Made by a program: the position numbers and the translations under genes. This document shows positions 28,599-38,455 of a stretch of 56,796 nt of DNA, piece after piece. The notes beneath the pieces were generated by a model, which was not told the DNA's origin, searched no databases, and was given only the letters and a program-made list of their open reading frames with translations. Origin of the DNA: an uncultured Deferribacteres bacterium (GTDB lineage: Bacteria; Zhuqueibacterota; Zhuqueibacteria; Zhuqueibacterales; Geothermadaptataceae); the NCBI GenBank assembly GCA_964014485.1, contig CAXHAT010000020.1, positions 1-56,796 of the forward strand. The letters run 5' to 3'. Position 1 is the first letter of the stretch; each line of letters starts with the position of its first letter.

Positions 28599-28604
28599 CT
28601 GCCC

Positions 28605-30683
28605 TTATCTTATGTTTTCAAGGCTCGCCGCCAACCCGCGAACACGCTGCGAATCGCCTTCTTGTTTTCGCAAGGCGTTCAAGTGTTTCTCCGCCTTATC
28701 AAGATTTTTGACGAGCAAATAAGCCCCGGTAAGATTGTAACGCGCCTGTGCGTCAGTTGGATCGAGGGCGAGGGCGCGTTCAAGAAAAGGAATGCCGTTG
28801 ATCGGCTTTTGTTGCTGCACCCAGATCGAGCCGACGTACTTGCATGCCGTTGCTGAAGGCTGGATTTTGATCGCGCTCAGGAAGGCGGCTTTGGCGGGTT
28901 CGAGTTTGTTTTGCGCCACGTGCAGCATGCCGATGCGCAGGAACGGCGAATCGTTATAAGGCGTTTCCAGGCAGAGCGTTTCGTACTCGCGCACCGCTTT
29001 GTCGAACTGCTTTTGCGCGCTGTAATATTCCGCCATTTGCACGTGCGCTTCTTCGTAAGTCAAGTCGCGCTTCCACATTTTGAGCGCAATTTCCTGAAGC
29101 TTGTTTTTCGGCTCATATCTGAATGTTTGCGGCGCGCCGCGCGGTTTGAACGGCCAACTGTCCATCAGCACGCCGATGCGGATTTTCGCCACTTCTTCGT
29201 CCAACAATGTCACGCCGCGTCTGACCCAATAAACCGAGTCGGGCCGCGTGGCGCCGACATTCCAGGTTTTGTCGATAAATCGATGTTTTTGCATCGTTTC
29301 GGCAAGGGCTTTCGCCATCAAAAAATAGCCTTCGACGTTTGGGTGCAGATGCTCGAGCATGAAGTTCTTGCCGATCAGTCCGTTGGGCGAAGCGGTTTCT
29401 AAATCGTCCTCAATTTGCGCCACCGGCGTGTTGGTTTCAGCACCGACGAGGTGGATCAAATTGTTCAACTCACCGCTGGCGCGAAAACGCAGGCCGTCGA
29501 GATCGCGGGCGCGCCGGTAGGCTGTTTTGGCTTGCTCGAACTGTCCAGCGTTTTCCAGCGCGCGACCGTACGCAAAATGCAGCAACGCTGGTCGCTCGTT
29601 GATGTTTTTCAGAGAATCATAAAGCGCCAGCGACTGCTCGTGTTCGCCGTCCAGAGAAAGCTGTCCGGCACGAATAATCATTTGCTCAAACTCAGCTTTT
29701 TGCGCGTCGCTCTCATAAAGCGAGACGAAGGGTTTCTGATCCTTGAGGTTGCTCACCAGTGTGGCGAGAATAACGCGCACGTTTTTGTCGGCGGCTTTTT
29801 GTACGATTTCGCGCAGGTTGGCTTCAAAAAATTGCACGCCGCGCAGATATTTTTCGCTTTCGTAGGGAATCGCCGCATCGCCGACCATTTGCTCCATCAG
29901 CGTATTGTCCGGCTGGTCGTCGCTGACGGCGGAAGCGAGCGCGCCCTTGAGTTTTTCCACACCGTCGCGCAGGAGCAGCATGGTTTTGAAACGCTGCATT
30001 TTGATGTAAAAATTTATAAAGCTGCGCCACTGGCCAAGCGATTCCGTCGATCCCGCGCCCAGTGCTCCGTAAAATTCGTTGTGTCCGCTGTAGACGATCA
30101 GCGCGTCCGGTTGCTGTTCGAGCGCTTCGTCGATGATGTCGAGCAACGTAAAAGTATTGACTGCAGGCATGCCGAGGTTGACGATTTCGATGCTCTTTTC
30201 TGGGAAAAAATCAGTCAAGCGCTGGCCGAGCATTTTCGACATGCTGCCGTTGTGGGCGTAGGGATAGCCAAACATCGACGAGCCGCCGAGGGTGAAAATT
30301 CGATAGCCGTTTTGAGGCTTTTCTTTGAGGAAAGTATCGTTCGAGGTTTCGGGAAGAGTTTGCGTTGCGGCAAAGTAGCGGCGGCCAATGTTTTGATTGA
30401 TTTTCAGACGGCCTTCAATTTCTTCTTTTGGTGAGAACAGCGCCAAATCGCCGCCGTAATTGCCGATTTGTAAACCGGCTTCTAACAACACAAAAAACAG
30501 CACCGGAATCGCCAACGCCGCAAGTTTGAAAAAGCGTTCGCGTTTGCGTTTCCCAACCGTGGCTTGCTCTTTTCGAAACGCGCGCACGTGCTTGCGGTTA
30601 GCACCGATTTGCTTTGCGATTTTCGCATCGGAGACGGCGTCGTCAAACGTGAGAATTTTTTCTTTTTGCGCTTCGGTTAACAT
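28605..30683 (-). CDS. Membrane-anchored SGNH/GDSL-fold protein with C-terminal TPRs
   Basis: IFTLGGSS, VNLG, YSGHNEFYG, EHLHPN; TPR repeats. Confidence 0.82.
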   Translation of the reverse strand: MLTEAQKEKILTFDDAVSDAKIAKQIGANRKHVRAFRKEQATVGKRKRERFFKLAALAIPVLFFVLLEAGLQIGNYGGDLALFSPKEEIEGRLKINQNIGRRYFAATQTLPETSNDTFLKEKPQNGYRIFTLGGSSMFGYPYAHNGSMSKMLGQRLTDFFPEKSIEIVNLGMPAVNTFTLLDIIDEALEQQPDALIVYSGHNEFYGALGAGSTESLGQWRSFINFYIKMQRFKTMLLLRDGVEKLKGALASAVSDDQPDNTLMEQMVGDAAIPYESEKYLRGVQFFEANLREIVQKAADKNVRVILATLVSNLKDQKPFVSLYESDAQKAEFEQMIIRAGQLSLDGEHEQSLALYDSLKNINERPALLHFAYGRALENAGQFEQAKTAYRRARDLDGLRFRASGELNNLIHLVGAETNTPVAQIEDDLETASPNGLIGKNFMLEHLHPNVEGYFLMAKALAETMQKHRFIDKTWNVGATRPDSVYWVRRGVTLLDEEVAKIRIGVLMDSWPFKPRGAPQTFRYEPKNKLQEIALKMWKRDLTYEEAHVQMAEYYSAQKQFDKAVREYETLCLETPYNDSPFLRIGMLHVAQNKLEPAKAAFLSAIKIQPSATACKYVGSIWVQQQKPINGIPFLERALALDPTDAQARYNLTGAYLLVKNLDKAEKHLNALRKQEGDSQRVRGLAASLENIR

Positions 30684-30735
30684 TTTTCTGACAGGATCAA
30701 CGGGATTTTCAGGATCTTAACTCAAATGCAATCTT

Positions 30736-31084
30736 TAGGAAAAAGCGCTGTTTCATACTTGCTTTTTGAAACGGTGCAACGAAAGGAGTGCAAAGCTTGC
30801 TTTGCTTTTCATCCTGCTCCAATGAACAAACGCCGTACATTCTGGCGCTAAGCGGACGGTTTCAAGAAAGCCTGCGGCGAAATGGCAAGGCAAGCCTTGC
30901 ACTCCTTTTTAAGGAAAAGGCGCTGTTTCATGCTTGCCTTTTAAAACGGCGAAACGAAAGGAGTGCAAAGCTTGCTTTGCTTTTCATCCTGCTCAAATGA
31001 ACAAACGCCGTAAATTTTGGCGTTAGGCGGACGGTTTCGAGAAAGCCTGCGGCAAAATGGCAAGGCAAGCCTTGCACTCCTTTT
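30736..31084. repeat. Tandem duplication (175-bp period) of a GGAGTGC REP-doublet element
   Basis: AGGAGTGCAAAGCTTGCTTTGC...GCAAGGCAAGCCTTGCACTCCT at 30784..30906 and 30959..31081. Confidence 0.9.
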
Positions 31085-31101
31085 TCAGATGGAACTTAAT
31101 G

Positions 31102-32862
31102 CTACTTGTTTAAGATTGTAATTTTCTGCAGACGCTGCCGGTTTCCGCTTTTCAAGCGCACGAAGTACACTCCTGATCCTGAGGGGCGGTTTTCGAAAGT
31201 TTGTCCGTTCCAGAGAAGTTCATGCACGCCAGCCGCTAATGCATTTTCGGACAATTTGTACACTTGACGGCCTGTGACGTCAAACACGGCGAGTTCAATA
31301 GAGCCTGGCTGTGCCAGTTCGAAACGGAAGGTCGTGCCCGGCGTTTGTTTCAACGTGGAAAACGGATTCGGGTAATTGGGATGCAAAACGAGCGATTGCG
31401 GCGGCGCATTTTCCAGCGTTTCAACCGAGGTCGGACTGCCTTCGACGACATGCACGGTTTGGTTCGTTTCCACATTCGTCAAAGTCTCCGCGCCCGCCCC
31501 CGGCCAGAAAACTTGCAGCGTATCGATCATCGTCCTCTGATTCAGGCCGAAATGCAAAACCGGCGAATCCTGCGATAGAAATCCTGAGCCGCCGGAAAGT
31601 TCGCGAATTTGCTCATCGCCGTCCGAGACGATGCGAACGCGCGCGCCGATTGCGTAACGGTTGCACGTGGCGCCGTCGAGTGAGACTTTTAAATAATTGT
31701 TTTCATTGCCGTTGTTGACGAAAACTTCCACGAATTCATCGTTCCAGTTGGTCAGGATCAAGTCTTGAAAACCGTCATTGTTCAAATCCCCGGCGGCGGC
31801 GCACCAGCCGTCGCGCAGACTGGATAAACCAGCCGGGAGGGTCACGTTTTCAAATTTCCGGTCGCCGAGATTGCGGTAGAGCACGTTGTCGTGCGGCGGG
31901 TGGTGAAAGCGGCTGCCGTTGGCGACGAAAATATCGAGCAGGCCGTCGTTGTCATAGTCGAACGCGACCGTGCCCCAGCCCATGCCGACGTCGCCGACGC
32001 CGGAAGATTCCGTTGTGTTGGCGAAAGAGCCGTTTTGGTTATTGAAAAAAATCGCATTTGGGTGGAGATTGGTAATGTAAATATCGAGCCAGCCGTCATT
32101 GTCAAAATCGGCGAACACCGTGCCCATGCCCATCGCTTCCAGATCCACTCCCGCTTGTCGCGAAACATCGGTGAAATAACCGTAACCGCTGTTTCTGAAC
32201 AGGCGAAATGGTTGGTTGGCGTCGTGGACGAGGTAGAGATCGAGATCGCCGTCATTATCGTAATCGCCGAACGCGCCGCCCATGGCCGCGCTGTAAGGAT
32301 CGCGAATGCCGGACGGCGTTGTGCCGTTCACAAAAGCGCCGTTCTTTTCGTTGCGAAAAAGGGTGTTTTTTTCGTTAAAATTGGCGGTGTAAAGGTCGAT
32401 AAACCCGTCGTTATTGACATCTCCCCACATCGCGGCGTGGATGCGTTCGCGGTTAAACAAGTCGGCGCTTTCAGTGGCGTTTTCAAAAGCGCCGTCGCCG
32501 GTGTTGCGATAAATGCGGTAGGCTTCCGTCCCGGCGACGAAAAGATCGGCGAATCCGTCATTGTCATAATCCGCCCAAACGCCGACGCGGTGGTTTTTCA
32601 GAAGCTCGTCAAGTCCGGCGGATTCCGTGACGTTCTCGAACTGCAAATCGCCGAGATTCTTGAACAACGCGTTGCCTTTTTTCTCCTGCGCGATGTAAAT
32701 ATCGAGCAGGCCGTCGTTATCGTAATCCGCCAATGCAACGCCGCGCGCATGGCCTTGCAACATGAGGCCAGACTCAGGCGTTAATTTCGAAAAACTTTTG
32801 TGTTGCGCCTGGGCCGTCGCGGCTGCAAAAGCGATTATACAAAGCAAAAGCCTGTTACGCAT
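31102..32862 (-). CDS. CRTAC1/ASPIC-UnbV family FG-GAP repeat protein with T9SS-type C-terminal domain
   Basis: Seven DxxNDGxxD repeats; AIGARV, GSGFLSQ, LHFGL, VFWPG; NYPNPF. Confidence 0.9.
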   Translation of the reverse strand: MRNRLLLCIIAFAAATAQAQHKSFSKLTPESGLMLQGHARGVALADYDNDGLLDIYIAQEKKGNALFKNLGDLQFENVTESAGLDELLKNHRVGVWADYDNDGFADLFVAGTEAYRIYRNTGDGAFENATESADLFNRERIHAAMWGDVNNDGFIDLYTANFNEKNTLFRNEKNGAFVNGTTPSGIRDPYSAAMGGAFGDYDNDGDLDLYLVHDANQPFRLFRNSGYGYFTDVSRQAGVDLEAMGMGTVFADFDNDGWLDIYITNLHPNAIFFNNQNGSFANTTESSGVGDVGMGWGTVAFDYDNDGLLDIFVANGSRFHHPPHDNVLYRNLGDRKFENVTLPAGLSSLRDGWCAAAGDLNNDGFQDLILTNWNDEFVEVFVNNGNENNYLKVSLDGATCNRYAIGARVRIVSDGDEQIRELSGGSGFLSQDSPVLHFGLNQRTMIDTLQVFWPGAGAETLTNVETNQTVHVVEGSPTSVETLENAPPQSLVLHPNYPNPFSTLKQTPGTTFRFELAQPGSIELAVFDVTGRQVYKLSENALAAGVHELLWNGQTFENRPSGSGVYFVRLKSGNRQRLQKITILNK

Positions 32863-32913
32863 TTCTTCTTCTCCGATAGTTTTGTTTCGCTTGAGACGCT
32901 ATTTGGCAACTTC

Positions 32914-33300
32914 CTAGTTTTCAAGGGTTAAAGCGACTCTTAAAACAGACCGTATTTCTTTCATTGCTTTTACAGCGTGTTTGGCCTGACTTCGCGTGGC
33001 TGTTTCGCCTGGATAGCGAAAGGCGATCGCAAAATGGGTTAGATAAGCCAGCATTTCATTGTAAAACTCTAACTCGGGCGTTAGTGGGGCGCACATCTCT
33101 TTCAGAGCTAATAAGTTGTGCGTCTTGGCAAATCGAATTTTGTGTTTTTGAAGCAAGGCCTTGAGGTATTTTTCAATGCATTGCTGGGCGTGAAAGCCGG
33201 CGGCGTCAAAGTTGGGCCGTTTTCTTGCGCGATATTCCCTGAGTGCGCTCGTATAGTCACCTTCGGCCTTTTCGATCCACTCAGAGACGAGTGCGCTCAT
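32914..33300 (-). CDS. HEPN domain protein
   Basis: ATG at 33300; WIEKAEGD, FHAQQCIEKYLKA, KTHNL, RYPG. Confidence 0.9.
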   Translation of the reverse strand: MSALVSEWIEKAEGDYTSALREYRARKRPNFDAAGFHAQQCIEKYLKALLQKHKIRFAKTHNLLALKEMCAPLTPELEFYNEMLAYLTHFAIAFRYPGETATRSQAKHAVKAMKEIRSVLRVALTLEN

Positions 33301-33643
33301 AAATGACCTTTCCTTGCTCCATAATCTCCATAACAAAAAAGTCGCCCTGCTTGAGTCTTGTTTTAATCTCCTTCGGCGTTCGGACGACAACGTCAATAGG
33401 AAAAGAGTGTTTTAGCGATGCTAAGATTTCAACGGCCAAATCCCACGTCGGACGCTCCGTCTCCATGATAACAAGTAAATCCACGTCGCTGTCAGGCGTG
33501 GGCGTTCCTGATGCGTAAGAACCGAACAAAATTATTTTTTCAGGATCAAATTTTTCTGAGATTGTTTTGGCTTTTTCTTTTATGGCGTTCAGGCTAATCT
33601 CTGAAGTGCTGTCAAGACGATCTGTTTGTTGAGTTGTGTACAT
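33281..33643 (-). CDS. Minimal nucleotidyltransferase (MNT) antitoxin
   Basis: ILFGSYASG..DSDVDLLV; overlaps the HEPN gene. Confidence 0.9.
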   Translation of the reverse strand: MYTTQQTDRLDSTSEISLNAIKEKAKTISEKFDPEKIILFGSYASGTPTPDSDVDLLVIMETERPTWDLAVEILASLKHSFPIDVVVRTPKEIKTRLKQGDFFVMEIMEQGKVIYERTRL

Positions 33644-33820
33644 GGTTCCGTTGTCTTACGCTGAGTTTGAGATAGTGCGTCTGCTGTTGAAATCACGCGG
33701 CTTTCATTTATTTAGGAACGAATCGGATTTTATTTCATTGCTATTCATAATGCCTTCGAATATCCTCTGCAATCTAAGGACAGATTCTCTTTTAACGCTA
33801 AAATAAATGGACGAATTTCC

Positions 33821-34648
33821 ATGGCTCGTTTAAAAATACAAACAATAACAGCGTTTCTCATTTTTTCGCTGACGCAAGGCGTTTTAGGACAAAAGAAGTC
33901 GATCCCGGCGAAGATCGGCCAAGACGTCGGCTCAGTTGTTCACGGCACCGGACATGTGCTCACTTCGCCGTTTCGCTGGGACAAAAAACAGTGGGTGACA
34001 TTCGGCGGCGTCATGGCCGGGACGGCGGCTTTGTCGCTATTTGATGAAGAAATTCACGATTATGTGCAGCGTCATCGAAGCAAAACATTTAAAGAAATAG
34101 CGGAAATCGGCAACGATTACGGCGAGCCGATGACAGTCACCGTTTTGACGGGCGGGCTTTATGGAATCAGCCTCATTACGGGCAGCGAGTGGTTGCGCGA
34201 ATCGTGCGTTATCCTCACAGCTTCGCTTCTCCCGGCGGGCGGTTATCAAACGGTGACTTCGATTTCCGTCGGCAGAGGACGTCCGATTGCAGATCGCGGC
34301 CCGCACGCATTTGAGCCGTTTCAAAATGAAAGACCGTACGTGTCGTTTTTTTCGGGCCATACGATCGTTTCTTTTGCCACTTCGCATGTTTTTGCCAGAC
34401 AAACTGAAAATATTTTTTTGAAAACGATTCTCTACGCAGGCGCGACCAGCACTGCGTTTGCGCGCATGTATGACAATGCACATTGGCTGACAGACGTCAG
34501 CCTCGGGGCGCTGGTGGCGATTTTGAGCGTGGATTCCGCGAGCAAGTTAATTGCAAAGCGCAATGGAAATGCAGGCGAGCGGCCATCTCGCTTTGGCTGG
34601 TCGGTGCGCCCCTGGAGCAGAGGCGGGCAAGTTCAACTGCGGTGGTAA
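33821..34648 (+). CDS. PAP2 family phosphatase
   Basis: GRGRP, SFFSGHT, ARMYDNAHWLTDV. Confidence 0.88.
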   Translation: MARLKIQTITAFLIFSLTQGVLGQKKSIPAKIGQDVGSVVHGTGHVLTSPFRWDKKQWVTFGGVMAGTAALSLFDEEIHDYVQRHRSKTFKEIAEIGNDYGEPMTVTVLTGGLYGISLITGSEWLRESCVILTASLLPAGGYQTVTSISVGRGRPIADRGPHAFEPFQNERPYVSFFSGHTIVSFATSHVFARQTENIFLKTILYAGATSTAFARMYDNAHWLTDVSLGALVAILSVDSASKLIAKRNGNAGERPSRFGWSVRPWSRGGQVQLRW

Positions 34649-34654
34649 ATCTGA

Positions 34655-36493
34655 ATGTCGTTCATCCCTGAAAATCTCGTCGATGACATCCGCAACGCCT
34701 CCGACATTGTGGACGTGGTTTCGGATTACGTCACCCTGCGCAAGCGCGGCACGAATCACTTTGGCCTGTGCCCGTTCCACCCGGAAAAAACGCCGTCTTT
34801 CAGCGTCAATGGCGACAAGCAGATTTTCCGCTGTTTTGGCTGCGGCGCCGGGGGCAACGTTTTTACTTTTGTCATGCGCGAGGAGAGCGTCGATTTTCCT
34901 GAAGCGGCGCGCATTCTCGCCAAACGCGCCGGAATCACCATTCCCGAACACGAAGAGTTGGACAACAACCAACTCCAGGAGCGTGAAGCGCTTTACTACG
35001 CCAACGAACTGGCGCAGGTTTTTTTTCACGAACAGATTTTCACCGAGCAGGGAAAAATCGCCAGAGAATATTTGTACAACCGCGATTTTACTGACGATGA
35101 CGTTCGCGCTTTTGGCGTCGGCTATGCGCCGGACAGTTGGGACGCACTGTTGCTGCGCGCAAAGGAAAAACGGCTCGATCCCGAACATCTCAAAAACGCC
35201 GGGCTATTGAACGAGCGCGAAAAAGGCGGGTGTTACGACCGTTTCCGCCACCGCGTTATGTTTCCGATCATCAATCTCTCCGGCAAAGTCGTGGCGTTCG
35301 GCGGGCGGCGATTGACGGAGGAAAAAGAGTCGCCGAAATACGTCAACTCGCCCGAAACGCAAGTTTACCACAAGAGCAACATTTTGTACGGCCTTTTTCA
35401 GGCGAAAGAGGCGATTCGTGAGCATGACCGGGTCATTTTTGTGGAAGGCTACACCGATGTGATGCGCGTCTCGCTGGCCGGTCAAGGCAACATCGTCGCG
35501 ACCTCGGGAACGGCGCTGACGGAGCTGCAAGCGCGGCTGATTCGCCGTTACACCAAAAACGCGACTTTGCTCTACGACAGTGACGCCGCAGGTTCGGCGG
35601 CTACACTGCGCGGCGCTGATATTTTGGTGGAGCAGGGCGTTGACGTCATGGTCGCCGAAATGGAGGAAGGGGAAGACCCGGACAGCTTTGTGCAGCAGCA
35701 CGGCATTGATGCTCTGCGCGAAAAGCTAGCCGAAGCGACGCCGCTGCTCGATTACAAAACCAGGCGTGTCACCGCCAAAACGGAACCGGCGGAGAAAACC
35801 GAACGACTCCATTCCATTATCAACACTTTGGCCCGGATCCACGACGGCATTGAGCGCCAGGAAAAGGTGCGCATTTACGCCGAAAAGCTGAAAATGGCGG
35901 AAGAAGTGCTTTGGGAAGAAATCGCGCGCGTGCGCAAATTGCACCAGCGCCGCCGAAAACGCCCGGGCGCCCGAGTTGAGGTGCGGCTCCAGGATGAGCG
36001 ACAAAAAGGTTTCGCCGAACACAGCCGCGCGGTGGAGGAAGAGATCATCCGCATCATGCTGATTTATTGGGAGGCCATCCCGTTCATCTTCAGTTTTATG
36101 GAGTTGACCGATTTTTATAACGATGATTTTCAGCTCATCGCAACGGTCATTTTCCAGCTTTATGACAACGATGTGCGCCCGGAGCCGGAAGAGTTTGTGC
36201 ATTACTTCACCGAGCCGAAAATTGTCGAGTTTGTCACGCAGGTCGTCTTGCTTGAGTCCCAAAGTGCGGGCGTCCCGGAAGATTACAAGAAATGGGCGGC
36301 GGATTGTCTGGCGAAACTGCAAATCATCATGCTCGACATGCGCATTGCCGAAGTGCAGCAGATGATGCTTGAGCGAGAAAAATCCGGCGGCGACAGTTCC
36401 GATTTGGCGGAGCAATGGCGTGAAATGCAGAGCCAGCGCCGCCGCGTCGACGCCGCCAATTTCCTGCCCGAAGAGCCGGTCGCGGAAGCATAG
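34655..36493 (+). CDS. dnaG: DNA primase
   Basis: CPFH..CFGC zinc finger; DRFRHRVMFPI, KYVNSPET, VEGYTD, YDSDAAG, DPD. Confidence 0.97.
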   Translation: MSFIPENLVDDIRNASDIVDVVSDYVTLRKRGTNHFGLCPFHPEKTPSFSVNGDKQIFRCFGCGAGGNVFTFVMREESVDFPEAARILAKRAGITIPEHEELDNNQLQEREALYYANELAQVFFHEQIFTEQGKIAREYLYNRDFTDDDVRAFGVGYAPDSWDALLLRAKEKRLDPEHLKNAGLLNEREKGGCYDRFRHRVMFPIINLSGKVVAFGGRRLTEEKESPKYVNSPETQVYHKSNILYGLFQAKEAIREHDRVIFVEGYTDVMRVSLAGQGNIVATSGTALTELQARLIRRYTKNATLLYDSDAAGSAATLRGADILVEQGVDVMVAEMEEGEDPDSFVQQHGIDALREKLAEATPLLDYKTRRVTAKTEPAEKTERLHSIINTLARIHDGIERQEKVRIYAEKLKMAEEVLWEEIARVRKLHQRRRKRPGARVEVRLQDERQKGFAEHSRAVEEEIIRIMLIYWEAIPFIFSFMELTDFYNDDFQLIATVIFQLYDNDVRPEPEEFVHYFTEPKIVEFVTQVVLLESQSAGVPEDYKKWAADCLAKLQIIMLDMRIAEVQQMMLEREKSGGDSSDLAEQWREMQSQRRRVDAANFLPEEPVAEA

Positions 36494-36505
36494 AAAGTTT
36501 TGTAG

Positions 36506-36626
36506 GGGGCTGTCCAAAAACATGGTCTCTGAATGAATGGCATACCAAATGTAGGGGTTCAAAATTTTGAACCCCTACGACATGTTGTGTCGCGCACTAA
36601 AAAATATTATGTTTTGAGACAGCCCC
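36506..36626. mobile_element. GGGGCTGTCC-ended MITE with central GTAG REP
   Basis: TIR GGGGCTGTCCAAAAACAT / ATGTTTTGAGACAGCCCC; core GTAGGGGTTCAAAATTTTGAACCCCTAC at 36551..36578. Confidence 0.85.
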
Positions 36627-36692
36627 TCAGCTCTGTCTTCTATAATCGGCCAAAACCATCCACTAAACCCCGTTCATCCAGCCAAAAACACT

Positions 36693-37565
36693 GTGCCGCT
36701 GCAAGTCACCGTAAAAAATGTCAAAAGCATTCTCACCCGCACCACCGGCTATTTGCAAACCGTCTCATCTCATTCTTTGCAACCCTACGTTGGCTGCACA
36801 TTTGGCCATGCGCTTTGCGGGGTCGGGTGCTATGTTCAGCACAATTATTTTCTCACGCGAGGCAGGCCTTGGGGCGATTTTTTAGAGGTTAAGCAAAACG
36901 CCGCCGAACGCTACCTTGCGCAGTATGACGTCGAGCGTCGTCGTGGGCATGATCATCCCAATGGTTTTTCGATTTTCATGTCCAGTTCAACCGACCCCTT
37001 CTTGCCGCAGGAATCAAAGTACAGAATTTCTCACGACGTTCTGTCCGCCATGCTCGAAATGCCGCCGGACGTGCTGATTCTACAAACGCACACACACCGT
37101 ATTTTGGATTACCTTGAAATTTACCCGAAACTCGCTGCAAGCTGCGAAGTGCGCTGCCATATTTCCATCGAAAGCGACCGCGACCGCATGCCCGGCCTGC
37201 CGCCGCCCGCGAGTTCAGTTGAAAAAAGATTTGCCGCCGCAAAAAAGTTGAAAAACGAAGGGCTCAACGTGATCATCACCGCCTCGCCGCTGTTGCCGAT
37301 TCAAGCGCCGGAGGCTTTTTTTACAAAAATCGCGGAATGTTCCGACGGCGTTGTGATCGATCATTTCATCGGCGGCGACGGCTCAGCAGCCGGAAAACGC
37401 ACCCGGAAAACGGCCCTGCCGCAAGCCATGTCTACAGTCAGTCCAGATTCTGTCATGCTGGCATACCGCGACGAAATGCTCACTCTGGCGCAAAAAATCA
37501 TGCCCGGGCGCGTCGGCGTCGGCATTGAGGGATTCGCCGGACGTTTTCTGCAAAGCTGCATTTAA
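36693..37565 (+). CDS. Spore photoproduct lyase-like radical SAM protein
   Basis: KSILT..LQPYVGC..C..CY; IFMSSSTDP; SPLLP. Confidence 0.8.
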   Translation: MPLQVTVKNVKSILTRTTGYLQTVSSHSLQPYVGCTFGHALCGVGCYVQHNYFLTRGRPWGDFLEVKQNAAERYLAQYDVERRRGHDHPNGFSIFMSSSTDPFLPQESKYRISHDVLSAMLEMPPDVLILQTHTHRILDYLEIYPKLAASCEVRCHISIESDRDRMPGLPPPASSVEKRFAAAKKLKNEGLNVIITASPLLPIQAPEAFFTKIAECSDGVVIDHFIGGDGSAAGKRTRKTALPQAMSTVSPDSVMLAYRDEMLTLAQKIMPGRVGVGIEGFAGRFLQSCI

Positions 37566-37596
37566 CCCTGACAGGGCTCGGAGCCCTGTCAGGGTT
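37564..37596. repeat. REP-like perfect hairpin (possibly a terminator)
   Basis: AACCCTGACAGGGCTC-g-GAGCCCTGTCAGGGTT. Confidence 0.7.
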
Positions 37597-37746
37597 GCTG
37601 GTAAAGTAAATGTTAAACACAAAAAGCAACTTTTAAGATTGCGCCATCTCTTGCGTTCAACTTCTGCATGCCCTGCCGCGCGTTCCTAATTGAACCCAGG
37701 ACGTTTATGAGTTTTCTGCCAAGGACTGCATCATTGAGGAATCATC

Positions 37747-38292
37747 ATGGCTTTTTTTCTGCGGGGTTTTTCGGCGTTCCTGCTCGGGATCGTTCGTTTT
37801 TGGACCAAGCTCTTTTTCGCGCTCGGGGCGTGTTTTTTGGCGCTCAATCATTTTACCGCCGAATTCAACACAACCGAACAAACGTCGGCTGAGAAAAACA
37901 CGGAATTTCTTTTCGCCGGAGCGTCCCGGTCGCCAGGTTTGGCCGAAAAGAAGACCAGAAGAAAATCTTCCAGGATTTTAGATCGCGGGATCGCTTCATT
38001 CTACGGCAAGCGCTGGACGGGCAGAAAGACCGCAAGCGGCGAAATATTCAACCACAACAAGTACACCGCCGCGCACAAAACGTTGACTTTTGGGCAATAT
38101 GTTCGCGTGGTCAGAACCGACAACGAACGATCCGTTGTGGTCAAAATCAATGATCGCGGGCCGTTTGTCAAAGGCCGGGTGATCGATCTTTCGACTGCCG
38201 GCGCCCGGCGCATCGGCATGATTCAGGAAGGGCTGGCGAATGTGGTTGTGCGGCGTGCAACGGAGAAGGAGTTTCGGCGGCAATTCAAATAG
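37747..38292 (+). CDS. rlpA: RlpA-family lytic transglycosylase (DPBB domain), copy 1
   Basis: GIASFYG, TASGE, TAAHKTL, VKINDRGPF, RVIDLS. Confidence 0.9.
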   Translation: MAFFLRGFSAFLLGIVRFWTKLFFALGACFLALNHFTAEFNTTEQTSAEKNTEFLFAGASRSPGLAEKKTRRKSSRILDRGIASFYGKRWTGRKTASGEIFNHNKYTAAHKTLTFGQYVRVVRTDNERSVVVKINDRGPFVKGRVIDLSTAGARRIGMIQEGLANVVVRRATEKEFRRQFK

Positions 38293-38455
38293 CAGTAATT
38301 TACAAAAACTTCAAGATGATGATTCATTTTATCCTTGAGTTTTTTCACTGAAATCGCCTTATATTTTCATCGCCTGCCGCACCTATGCGCTTGCCAATCT
38401 GAAAGGCGTTAAAATTCCTTAATTGTTGACGGACTGTTTCAAGCGAGGGGTTGTT

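Noticed and set aside
28005..28604. Second integron cassette
   Set aside because: There is an upstream GTTGGTG but no complementary R'' or L boxes after the stop.
30736..31084. CRISPR array
   Set aside because: Only two long units with near-identical 'spacers' and inverted arms, and no cas genes.
37640..38455. c-di-AMP riboswitches upstream of the rlpA genes
   Set aside because: No GCTGAATCC or CCCGTCAGCTAAC consensus; the two leaders share only CCTGCCGC.
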